This document shows, piece by piece, positions 47,392 through 56,580 of a stretch of 64,000 nucleotides of DNA (position 1 is its first letter; each line of letters opens with the position of its first letter). The notes under the pieces were generated by a model. That model ran no database searches. It worked only from the letters and a program-made list of their open reading frames with translations, and was not told the DNA's origin. The stretch comes from Candidatus Altiarchaeota archaeon. GTDB taxonomy: Archaea > Altiarchaeota > Altiarchaeia > IMC4 > SCGC-AAA252-I15. A program made the position numbers and the translations under genes. The DNA lies in contig JAZDMS010000021.1 of assembly GCA_043800705.1 (NCBI GenBank), positions 21,527 to 85,526 on the forward strand. Reading direction: 5' to 3'.

Positions 47392-48087
47392 TTAGCCTCC
47401 TGCGATCTTCGAAGTGATTATGCCGGTCTCGTAAAGCAGCATCATCGGCGCTGACAGGATGAGCTGGGGGATTATCGTCGGGTCAGGGGTGATTATTCCG
47501 GCTGCGAGGATGATGAACACGATCGAGTGCCGCCTGTACTGCGAAAGGGTGCCGGCCTTCAAGAACCCCAGCCTGCCCAATACGGCGGTGATGAGCGGCC
47601 ACTGGAACAGGAATCCAAGCGCGAGAAGGATGGTGGTCACGAAAGAAATCGTAGAAGCAAGCGACAGCATCGGCGTGGCCAGGGGCTCCGAGCTGTCAAG
47701 GAGGAATCTCAGCGCCGTCGGGACAAGGATGAAGTATCCGAACGCCACTCCGGCGAGGAAGAGGGAGACTGACGGAACGATAAGGAAGAGCATCATCTTC
47801 CTCTCCTGCCGCCTCAATGCGGGATCGAGGAACGCCCACATGTGGTAGACGGTGGCGGGGAGCGCGAGGATGAATCCCATAAGGAGCGAGACGTTCACGT
47901 AGGCTGTGACGGCCTCGGCGGGGTCGATGATGACGAGGGATGCGTCAGGGAGCATGTCGGACTTGATCTTCAGGAGCATCGGCTGCGCCAGGGGGTACGA
48001 GGCGACCGACGCGATGAGGAACACTATGAGCGCCGATACGGTCCTTCGCCTGAGCTCGATGAGGTGGTCCGTGAATGAATCCGTCAC
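47392..48087 (-). CDS. tatC: Twin-arginine translocase subunit TatC
   Basis: HLIELRRR, WAFLDPAL, IITPDP and LLYE; GTG start overlapping the upstream tatA stop. Confidence 0.93.
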   Translation of the reverse strand: MTDSFTDHLIELRRRTVSALIVFLIASVASYPLAQPMLLKIKSDMLPDASLVIIDPAEAVTAYVNVSLLMGFILALPATVYHMWAFLDPALRRQERKMMLFLIVPSVSLFLAGVAFGYFILVPTALRFLLDSSEPLATPMLSLASTISFVTTILLALGFLFQWPLITAVLGRLGFLKAGTLSQYRRHSIVFIILAAGIITPDPTIIPQLILSAPMMLLYETGIITSKIAGG

Positions 48088-48227
48088 TTTCCGTCTTCCT
48101 TCTGCGTCTTCTTGAAGGCATTCAACGATTCCCCGACCGCCCTCGCAAGTTCCGGGAGCTTCCTGCCGCCGAAGAAAAGGAGCGCCAAAAACAGGACGAT
48201 CAAAAGCTCCTGCGTGCCTAAAGCCAT
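48084..48227 (-). CDS. tatA: TatA-family subunit (not in the ORF track)
   Basis: Manual translation: MALGTQELLIVLFLALLFFGGRKLPELARAVGESLNAFKK. Confidence 0.92.
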   Translation of the reverse strand: MALGTQELLIVLFLALLFFGGRKLPELARAVGESLNAFKKTQKEDGK

Positions 48228-48249
48228 GATGAGAATATCGCATTACCCC

Positions 48250-49131
48250 TTAAAATGCGTATCTGACGCCCGAAAAAACCGCCAACGCCTCGACGCCTTC
48301 TGCGCCGGCGTCCCGGGTGCTGGTCCAGAGTATCCCCGCCTGGGGGTTCGTCTTAGCCGCTATCTGATCCAGCGCCTCCTGGAGGCCTTCCTGCAGAGGG
48401 GTGTTGGCTGTGAAGTTGATGAGCACGTTTTTGGCCTCCCTTATGTCCGCTCCGATGAGGGCGGAGCCCAGGCACGCGTCCACTGCCTTTCTCAGGCTGG
48501 GGCCGACGCCGTGGCCGATCGTCCCGTAGCCGTTCAGCATCGGCTTGACGTTATCGACGCCGGAGTCCGCTGTCAGTTTCGCCATCCCCTGGACGGCTTC
48601 GAGTAGTATGTGGTTGACTTTCGTGAACGCGTCCCGCAGGGACATGTTCGGGACCATCTGCAGGAACCGGTCGTTCTCTACGACGATTATCAGGTCGCAG
48701 TACGGCCTCAGCCCCTGCAGGCCCTTCTCCGAGTTTGACTGGCAGATCTTCCCCTCCGCGGTGAACGGCAGGTTAACGAACGCGACAACGGTCGAGCCGA
48801 GGCTCTTGGCCGCTTCGGCGACCACGGGAGCGGCGCCGGCGCCGGTGCCTCCGCCGAGGCCCGCTATCAGGAAGGTGAGCTTCGATCCAGCGAGTGCGGA
48901 CTTGATCTTGTCTAGGTCCGCGACCGCGGCCTCCTGGCCTAGTTTCAGGTTGTTTCCGGTGCTCCTGCCTTTTGTGACCTTCAACCCGATAAGGACCTTG
49001 TTCTCGACCTTTCGTTCCAGAAGCGATGCGGCGTCGGTGTTTATGGCGACCAGTCTGCAGCCTTCGCATCCGCCCATCCGCTCCACGGCAGCGCATCCGG
49101 ACCCCCCGACTCCGACGACTTTGAAGGGCAT
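48250..49131 (-). CDS. Divergent, short FtsZ-family protein
   Basis: GVGGSG, AINTD, GLGGGTGAG and PFTAEG; no recognisable T7 NxDxAD loop. Confidence 0.88.
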   Translation of the reverse strand: MPFKVVGVGGSGCAAVERMGGCEGCRLVAINTDAASLLERKVENKVLIGLKVTKGRSTGNNLKLGQEAAVADLDKIKSALAGSKLTFLIAGLGGGTGAGAAPVVAEAAKSLGSTVVAFVNLPFTAEGKICQSNSEKGLQGLRPYCDLIIVVENDRFLQMVPNMSLRDAFTKVNHILLEAVQGMAKLTADSGVDNVKPMLNGYGTIGHGVGPSLRKAVDACLGSALIGADIREAKNVLINFTANTPLQEGLQEALDQIAAKTNPQAGILWTSTRDAGAEGVEALAVFSGVRYAF

Positions 49132-49132
49132 C

Positions 49133-50332
49133 TTAGGCTGCGCTCGAGTACTCCGGACTGTAAGCGTCCTTTCCCGCTGGCAGGCCGTCGTCCGGCTTTG
49201 GCTTCTCCGTCAGCATGTCCTCAAGCCGTTGGATGATGTCGGGGCGCTTTTGCACCCTGGGGTTCTGCATCAGCTCCATGAGAAGCATGCCGGAGTAGTA
49301 GTTGCCGTCCTTCGTTTTCACAGCCTCCGCCGACTGCTCCAGGATCGCTGCGGAGCTGGGCTTCTCGCCCTCCTCGCCCATTAGCCGCTGGGACGCCTTC
49401 GACGCCGCGTCTATGAGGTCGGCGTTGCCGAACCCTTCGATTTTGCCCAGGGGGGTCTGTTTCATGAGCTGGTCGGCGGACTCCAGCGCCCTCCGCTGTT
49501 CTGCAGCGCCCATATGGCTCTGCCAAAGTGATTTCTGAACCCGCTCGGCATCCTCAGAAGCCGCGTTCGCCGAGTCATCGATTACCGTTGCGGCTTCTTC
49601 GACTCCGGAGACGTCGCCTGCGGACGCTGACGATGACAGGTCGGTCAAACCTTCGGCAGCCTTCGCCTCAAGCCTGGAGATCCGTGATTTGTTCACCAAA
49701 TCTTTGGGGTCGACCGAGTCGGCAGCAGATGATATCTCATCCCCCTGCGGCTGGGTTAGGCGCCCGCCTTCGCCGAGGACCGTGCTCGCCAGCTCGGCGG
49801 CCTCCTTGGCGATGTCGCCCTCGCGTGCGGCCAGTTTTTCCGAAGCCTGCTTGGCTGCCTGGTCGGCGTCTATGATGCTTGGCGATTTTCCCGCCGTCTC
49901 GTCAACCGGCATGCCGGGCCCTATCGAGCTCGCATCCGCGATGGCCGGATTCTCATCGACGTCCGACTGCCGCAGTTGGCGTTTCAATGTCCGGCCGTCC
50001 GGCCTCTTCTCGATGACCTTGCCGTCCGATGCGATTGCGGCTTCATCATCCTGTCCGAGGGCCGGCCCGTCAATGGGTTTAGGCTTCGGGCCCATATGGT
50101 TCGTTTCGACGACGTCGAGGTCATTCTGCAGGTCGGCCATCAGGATCCGTCTGGCGTGGGGGGACAGGCTGGATTCTAGCGCCTTCGCCCGCTTCTCGTC
50201 GTTCGCCGTCACCGTTTTCAGGGCGGGGTCGCGGTTCTTCACCATGTCCGCAAGCTCCGTCGGGCTCAGTCCTGCCTCCAGGGCTTTATCCTTTATCGCC
50301 GGCTTGAGCCTCACGCGAACCTCTCGGTCCAT
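49133..50332 (-). CDS. Acidic, Ala-rich hypothetical protein
   Basis: 399-aa ORF whose stop lies 1 nt before the start of the FtsZ-like gene. Confidence 0.7.
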   Translation of the reverse strand: MDREVRVRLKPAIKDKALEAGLSPTELADMVKNRDPALKTVTANDEKRAKALESSLSPHARRILMADLQNDLDVVETNHMGPKPKPIDGPALGQDDEAAIASDGKVIEKRPDGRTLKRQLRQSDVDENPAIADASSIGPGMPVDETAGKSPSIIDADQAAKQASEKLAAREGDIAKEAAELASTVLGEGGRLTQPQGDEISSAADSVDPKDLVNKSRISRLEAKAAEGLTDLSSSASAGDVSGVEEAATVIDDSANAASEDAERVQKSLWQSHMGAAEQRRALESADQLMKQTPLGKIEGFGNADLIDAASKASQRLMGEEGEKPSSAAILEQSAEAVKTKDGNYYSGMLLMELMQNPRVQKRPDIIQRLEDMLTEKPKPDDGLPAGKDAYSPEYSSAA

Positions 50333-50385
50333 GGTTAATCACGGGCAGTCTGGATTTAAATCCGTTTAAATGCGGCAGTTCTAAT

Positions 50386-51345
50386 GTGTCTTTGATGCAG
50401 AATGAGCTTCGGAGGGATTATTTCCTCGACAGGCAGGTGATAATCGCCGTCGGCAGGGGGAAGAGGCCCACCGACTTCAAGCACGCATGCGCGAACGAAT
50501 CTGACACCAAAGCCGGCTGCTTCTTCTGCCCAGGCAGCGAATCCTCCACGCCCCCGGAGATCATGAGGGTCGGAGAGGGGGGGAAGTGGGCCATACGGGT
50601 CTTCCCGAACAAGTTCCCGGCCGTCACAGTGGAGGAGGGGGGATCTGACGAGCAGATGATGCCGGCATACGGCAGGCACGAGATCGTCGTCGAAACCCCG
50701 GACCACGACAGGACCGTCGCAGACCTGAGCCCGGAGGAGATATCGAAGGTCATCGGGATCTATTCGCAGAGAGTGCAGGACATGCTCCGGGACCCGAGGG
50801 TGAAATACGCCCTGGTGTTCAAAAACCACGGAAGGATCGCTGGCGCCTCGCTCGCACACTCGCACACCCAGATAGTCAGCCTCCCGGTAGTCCCGAAACT
50901 GGTCAGGGAGGAGGCGAAAGCAGCCGGAGAATACAGCCAGAAACACGGCTCATGCCCCATCTGCGACGCCATGAAAAATGAGATGAACGGCCCGAGAAGG
51001 ATCTGGGATGACGAATACGCCTGCGCCTTCGCCCCGTACGCATCGAGGAGCCCCCTGGAGGCGTGGGTGATGCCGAAACGGCACATAAGGTCGCTTAAGG
51101 AACTCACGGACCAGGAATGCCTCAGCTTCGCAAAAGGCATGAAAACCATCCTATCCAGGCTGAAAAGCCTGGAAGACGCCCCCTACAACATGTATTTCCA
51201 CCTCAGCCCAGAGGGCGGAGACCTGCACCTGCACCTGGAAGTGCTCCCGAGACTGTCGATATTCGCCGGATTCGAACTTGGCTCGGATGTCATAATCAAC
51301 ACGATGACTCCGGAGGCAGCTTCCGAATTTTACCGCTCGGGATAG
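50386..51345 (+). CDS. galT: Galactose-1-phosphate uridylyltransferase family
   Basis: RGKRP, CFFCPG, PNKFPA, GASLAHSHTQ and AGFELG. Confidence 0.93.
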   Translation: MSLMQNELRRDYFLDRQVIIAVGRGKRPTDFKHACANESDTKAGCFFCPGSESSTPPEIMRVGEGGKWAIRVFPNKFPAVTVEEGGSDEQMMPAYGRHEIVVETPDHDRTVADLSPEEISKVIGIYSQRVQDMLRDPRVKYALVFKNHGRIAGASLAHSHTQIVSLPVVPKLVREEAKAAGEYSQKHGSCPICDAMKNEMNGPRRIWDDEYACAFAPYASRSPLEAWVMPKRHIRSLKELTDQECLSFAKGMKTILSRLKSLEDAPYNMYFHLSPEGGDLHLHLEVLPRLSIFAGFELGSDVIINTMTPEAASEFYRSG

Positions 51346-51378
51346 GTTTATAATCGCATAACCGTAATATTTCCCGAT

Positions 51379-53262
51379 ATGAGACATTTTTTGGCGGTCC
51401 TAGTCCTGATGCTTGTGCTGAGCGCCCCCGTAAGCGCGCAGGAGACGAGCCTAAGCCCATACTTCGACGACAGGGTCCTGCCTAACATCAACGAGAGGGT
51501 CACGGTGTTGAAGACCTGGATGGCGGACATCAACGACGACGGCAAGGAGGAGCTGATGGTGGTCACATCCGGCGGCGACAACAGCTACAACACCGCCAAC
51601 AAGAACCAGATAAACGTATACGGCGAAAACGGGACGAAGATCTGGAAATACGGCGTCGACGACAGGATAAGGTCCATCATAATTTACGACATCAACAACG
51701 ACCGCATGCTCGAGACCATAGTCGCATCGGGCCAGACCCTGAACAAGATCCAGAGGGGGACCATAAGGATCCTCGGCGCCGACGGGAAGCTCGACAGAAG
51801 CTACGACTCGACAGCCATAATGTTCGACATAGGCCTTGGAGACATCGAGGGCGACAGGTACTACGACATCGCAGGCGGGTCTGAGAAGAGGGTTTTCCTT
51901 TTTCGCGCCTTCGGGGAGAGGATCTGGATGTATCCGCCCCACCAGGCCGTGCTCCTGAACGAGTCCGTGACCGCAGTCGTCCTGGACGACGTGGACAAGG
52001 ACGGGAAACAGGAGGTCGTCGCCGCTTCGGATTATATATATTACCTGGACGGGGTTGACGGGACCGAGATATATAAGCTGGACCTGGAGCCCGATCTCCC
52101 GCTGAAAAAGAAGGGCTACAAGTTCCTGAAGACCGCAAACCTCGGGGGGATATACAGGGACACCATCGCGGTCACCTCAGCGGACAGGATCGTGGCTGTG
52201 AGGATAAAGGAGGTGAAAACCGACACTCTCGGGAGAAAGTACACCTTTGAGAACGAATGGGAGGCGAAGCTCGGCTGCGGGGTGAAGGACATCCTCCTGA
52301 GCATGGCTAACGACAAATACGACAATATCCTTGTGGCATGCTCGGACAACAAGATATACATGATCAACCGCAACGGCGGCATCGCATGGAGCTATCTCCT
52401 GGACGGGGAGCCGACGAGCATATACCTGGAGGACGTGGACTCGGACGGGAACGATGACATCCTCGCATCGGTTTCCAGCGGCTCCATCTACGCATTGGAT
52501 CTCTCGGGGTACTTCATGTGGAGGTACTCTACAGCCGCCCCCCTTCTGAAAGTGGCGGCAGGAGACATGGCAGGCGACGGAAACAAGGTCATCGTGGCGG
52601 TCTCTGGCGAGCCGAAGGTGATGGCGTACAGGATCAACGAATCGTACACGGAAAGGAGAAAGGCCAACACGCTGTTCTACCTCGGAAGGGACGAGTTCCT
52701 GGCATCCAAGAACATCATCCAATCCCTCGGACACCTCAAGGAGGCGAAGGCCATCTTTGACAGGCTGGGGGACGAACAGATGGCCCAGACAGCCCAGACA
52801 TACATCACCAAGATCGAGAACCTGCTGAGCAAGAACCATGAAAAGGAGGCGGACATATTGTACGCCAGGGCCGACGAATACTACCAGACAGGCGACTATG
52901 AAAACGCCCTGACGTTCCTTGACAAGGCGACCAGGCTCTACCAGGAATACAACAACAACGACGGCCTTGTGAAATGCGAACTTATGAGGATGCAAATCGA
53001 GCTGATAAGGAAGACGCCGCCGACCGCGACGCTGCCCCCGACCACATCGACGACGATCCCGGAAGAGGCCGCGGACAACACCCAGGCGCTGGTCATCCTG
53101 GGCGCCTTCGTCTTGGCAGCGGCCGCCATCGTCGCCCTCAAGGTCAGGTCCGCCAGGGCCAATCAGGCAGCCGAAGACGACGGCTTCGGCGGCTCGAAGG
53201 ACATGTGGGAGAAGGAGAGGACGGAGGAAGATGGCAAAATCAACGGAGGAGATAAAACATGA
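51379..53262 (+). CDS. Surface protein: FG-GAP-like beta-propeller + TPR-like helices + C-terminal TM
   Basis: Signal peptide, repeated DINDDGKEE/DVDKDGKQE motifs, Thr/Pro linker and TM. Confidence 0.85.
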   Translation: MRHFLAVLVLMLVLSAPVSAQETSLSPYFDDRVLPNINERVTVLKTWMADINDDGKEELMVVTSGGDNSYNTANKNQINVYGENGTKIWKYGVDDRIRSIIIYDINNDRMLETIVASGQTLNKIQRGTIRILGADGKLDRSYDSTAIMFDIGLGDIEGDRYYDIAGGSEKRVFLFRAFGERIWMYPPHQAVLLNESVTAVVLDDVDKDGKQEVVAASDYIYYLDGVDGTEIYKLDLEPDLPLKKKGYKFLKTANLGGIYRDTIAVTSADRIVAVRIKEVKTDTLGRKYTFENEWEAKLGCGVKDILLSMANDKYDNILVACSDNKIYMINRNGGIAWSYLLDGEPTSIYLEDVDSDGNDDILASVSSGSIYALDLSGYFMWRYSTAAPLLKVAAGDMAGDGNKVIVAVSGEPKVMAYRINESYTERRKANTLFYLGRDEFLASKNIIQSLGHLKEAKAIFDRLGDEQMAQTAQTYITKIENLLSKNHEKEADILYARADEYYQTGDYENALTFLDKATRLYQEYNNNDGLVKCELMRMQIELIRKTPPTATLPPTTSTTIPEEAADNTQALVILGAFVLAAAAIVALKVRSARANQAAEDDGFGGSKDMWEKERTEEDGKINGGDKT

Positions 53263-55136
53263 GGACACGCGCAAAGGTTTACGCTTTTTTGGCGCTCTAT
53301 CTGGCTGCATTCGCGGTTGCGGCGGCGCCCAGCCAGTTCGAGGCGGACGTATTTTACAATTCCGCCCAGGGATACATCCGCGACGGAGACTATGAGAACG
53401 CCCTCATGAGCATCTACAGGTCCAGGGAGATATACGTCAGCCTGAACAACACCCTGGCGATCAAGCGCTGCGACACGTCCATAGAACAGATCGGGTCCCT
53501 CCTTTCACCCCCGCAGCTTGCGGAGAAATACTACAACATCGCGGGAACCTACTTCACCCAGGGCACCGACGACGCCGAGGTCCTGCAGAGGTCCATCCTC
53601 ATGGCGACGAAGGCCAAGGAGATATATGAGACCAGCGGGGGCTCTACGAGCAGCCAATTGAAGACCGAAGACCTCATCGAGAGCGCAAGGAAGAGGGTGT
53701 CGGAGCTGGTGAACCAGTGCGTGCGGGACGGCGACGGACTGTATGAGAAGGCGCAGAACGCCTTCTTCGCGAACTACTTCATCGAGGCGCGGGATTTCGC
53801 GCTGAACGCCAGCGAGAAATACACGGGATGCAGATACACCCGCGGCATAGAGGCGGCCGGGACCCTGATGGGGTCCATCAACGCCAGAATGAACGACATC
53901 AGGGTGCAGGCGAAGGCCGGCTACGATTCCGCGCTGCAGTACTATACGAAGAACACCCCGGACGACAACCTGAAATGCATCCTCCTGGCAAACAGCTCGC
54001 AGGTGCTCTACAAGCAGATAAACGACCAGGAAGGCTACCAGGCCTCCCAGACCCTCATCTCAAGGTGCAGGGGGGGGATAAACGAATTCGAGGAGCAGAG
54101 GAAGAAGGAGGCGAGGGACTACATGGACGAGGCCAGGCGTTTGTACATCCTCATGGACTGCGTGAATTCCACCGAGAACGCCAACAAGGCCAAGGGGATA
54201 TACAACACGTTCCTGAAGGCGGCAGCCGAGGAGGAGGCGTACAAGCCATCCACTGAGAGGGTGAAGTCCGCCTATTTCGGGTCGCTCATCAACGACGTCA
54301 ATTCCCTCCTGTCCAGGATCACGAAAAGCTGCCAGGCTGACCAGATGCTCAGGACCGCGGAGGAGTTCTACAAGAAAAGCCAGGAGTACTACCTCTCCAA
54401 CAACCTCAACGAGGCCCTGGCCTATGTGAACAACGCCAAGATCATCTTCACCAACTTCAACAACTACGTCGGCATATCCAAATGCAACACCATCATCGAA
54501 GCGATCAACACGAGGATCAACAACCACAACGAAGCCAGCGTCTACATGGCCAATGCTGAGATGTACCTCGCGTTCGCGGAATTCGACAGGGCGCAGCTTG
54601 AGGCGTCCAACGCCAAGGCGATATACGTCCAGGTCTACGACCGCGAGAACGAGGAGAAGGCGGTCAAGTTCCTGGCGACGGTGGATGAGGGCAGAGCCAA
54701 CCTATCCAAGGCGAACAAGCTCTACGGGAGCGCCCAGAAGTTCTTCGACGCGAAGGACTGCACGAGCGCCATACCCGAGAGCGAGAATGCGCTGGCCCTT
54801 TTCAAGGCGATAAACTACACCCTGGGCATCGAGAGGTCGGCCAACATCATAGCCACCTGCCAGAAGAGGCAGCAGCAGGAATGGGACGACCTCGTGAAGA
54901 ACTCGACGATCGTCGGCGTCCTGGTCATCCTGTCCGCAGCCCTCATTTACCAGTTCACGGTGCGCAGAAAGGCTCTGGACAGGGATTACGTCCAGAGGAA
55001 GAACATTGCCGAGGAGGGCATCAGGAGGAAGGAGGAGGAGATGACGATCAGGACCGAGGAGACGACCAAGTCGATGGTCGACGACGAGCTTAGGAAGCTG
55101 ATCGACGCGGAGAGGGAGAAGCTGGATGGCAACTGA
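53259..55136 (+). CDS. Surface TPR-like helical-repeat protein with a C-terminal TM
   Basis: Signal peptide, repeated AKxIY helical units with Cys, TM and a charged tail. Confidence 0.8.
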   Translation: MRTRAKVYAFLALYLAAFAVAAAPSQFEADVFYNSAQGYIRDGDYENALMSIYRSREIYVSLNNTLAIKRCDTSIEQIGSLLSPPQLAEKYYNIAGTYFTQGTDDAEVLQRSILMATKAKEIYETSGGSTSSQLKTEDLIESARKRVSELVNQCVRDGDGLYEKAQNAFFANYFIEARDFALNASEKYTGCRYTRGIEAAGTLMGSINARMNDIRVQAKAGYDSALQYYTKNTPDDNLKCILLANSSQVLYKQINDQEGYQASQTLISRCRGGINEFEEQRKKEARDYMDEARRLYILMDCVNSTENANKAKGIYNTFLKAAAEEEAYKPSTERVKSAYFGSLINDVNSLLSRITKSCQADQMLRTAEEFYKKSQEYYLSNNLNEALAYVNNAKIIFTNFNNYVGISKCNTIIEAINTRINNHNEASVYMANAEMYLAFAEFDRAQLEASNAKAIYVQVYDRENEEKAVKFLATVDEGRANLSKANKLYGSAQKFFDAKDCTSAIPESENALALFKAINYTLGIERSANIIATCQKRQQQEWDDLVKNSTIVGVLVILSAALIYQFTVRRKALDRDYVQRKNIAEEGIRRKEEEMTIRTEETTKSMVDDELRKLIDAEREKLDGN

Positions 55137-56580
55137 GGCGCTGGATCGGATCACGGACATCTCGAAGAGGAGGGGGATCGTCTACCCCTCGTTCGAGATA
55201 TACGGGGGCGTCGGCGGGTTCATAGACTACGGGCCCATCGGCTCGAGGATCAAGCAGAACGTCGAAGACCTCTTCAGGAGGCACTACGTCGTCGCCGACG
55301 GATGCTTCGAGGTCCAATGCCCGACGGTCAGCCCCGAAGACGTCTGGATAGCGTCGGGCCACGTCAAGGGCTTCGCAGACCTCCTCGTGGAATGCCAGAA
55401 ATGCTCCGAAGGCTACAGGGCGGACAAGCTCCTGTCCGAGAAGGGCGTCGAAGCCGAGGGCAAGCCCGCGGACGCCGTGGAGGCCCTCATAGCCGAGAAG
55501 GGCGTCGTATGCCCCGAATGCGGCGGCAGGCTCTCCAAGCCCTACAGCTACAACCTCATGTTCGGGACCACGGTCGGGACCGGAAGCAGGAAGAGGACCG
55601 CCTACCTCAGGCCGGAGACGGCGCAGACGACGTATCTCGCCTTCAGGAGGCTGTGGGAGTTCGCAAGGCGAAAGCTGCCTTTCGGCGTCATCCAGATAGG
55701 CCACTCCTTCCGCAACGAGATATCCCCGAGGCAGGGGATGATAAGGCTCAGGGAGTTCAACCAGGCCGAGATACAGTACTTCATGGACCCGGATGACAAG
55801 AAGGCCCCGAGGTTCCAGGAGGTCGCAGGCAGGAGCGTGAAGATAACCGACAAGGACGGGAAGGCCTGGGAGACGACCATCGGCGAAGCCCATGAGAGGG
55901 GCATAATCCCGATACAGTTCATAGCGTACCAGCTTGGGAAGGCCATGGGCGTCTTCGAGGACATGGGGATAGACGGTACGAAGCTCCAGCTGAGGCAGCA
56001 CAGGGAGGACGAGAGGGCCTTCTACTCCTCGGACACATGGGACGTGGAATACGTCAGCGGCGCATACGGGCGCGTGGAGCTCGTCGGCATAGCCGACCGC
56101 ACCGACTACGACCTTAGCCAGCACATGAAACAGAGCAGGGAGGACATGAACGTCAACATCGACGGCAGGAAATTCATACCCCACGTCGTCGAAGTCGCCT
56201 ACGGCATCGACAGGCCGATCTACTGCATACTCGAAAGCTGCTACAGGGAGGAGGGCGAACGCGCCTACTTCAGCTTCCCCAGGAAGGTCGCCCCCTACAT
56301 CGCGGGCGTCTTCTCGCTCGTGAAGAAGGACGGCATAGACGGGAAGGCGGAGCAGGTCTTCCAATCCCTGAGGGAAAAGGGGCTCTACGTCTTCCTCGAC
56401 CACGCCGGAAGCATCGGCAAACGCTATGCGAGGACCGACGAAGTCGGCGTCCCCTACTCGATAACCGTCGACTACGACAGCATCAAGGACGAGTCGGTGA
56501 CTGTCAGGTCGAGGGACGACAAAAGCCAGAAAAGGGTGAAAATATCGGATTTGCGGCCCTTCCTCACAGGTAACCCGTAG
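55126..56580 (+). CDS. glyS: Glycine--tRNA ligase (archaeal/eukaryotic type)
   Basis: EIYGG, LRPETAQ, FRNEISPRQGMIRLREF and GSIGKRYAR. Confidence 0.97.
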   Translation: MATEALDRITDISKRRGIVYPSFEIYGGVGGFIDYGPIGSRIKQNVEDLFRRHYVVADGCFEVQCPTVSPEDVWIASGHVKGFADLLVECQKCSEGYRADKLLSEKGVEAEGKPADAVEALIAEKGVVCPECGGRLSKPYSYNLMFGTTVGTGSRKRTAYLRPETAQTTYLAFRRLWEFARRKLPFGVIQIGHSFRNEISPRQGMIRLREFNQAEIQYFMDPDDKKAPRFQEVAGRSVKITDKDGKAWETTIGEAHERGIIPIQFIAYQLGKAMGVFEDMGIDGTKLQLRQHREDERAFYSSDTWDVEYVSGAYGRVELVGIADRTDYDLSQHMKQSREDMNVNIDGRKFIPHVVEVAYGIDRPIYCILESCYREEGERAYFSFPRKVAPYIAGVFSLVKKDGIDGKAEQVFQSLREKGLYVFLDHAGSIGKRYARTDEVGVPYSITVDYDSIKDESVTVRSRDDKSQKRVKISDLRPFLTGNP

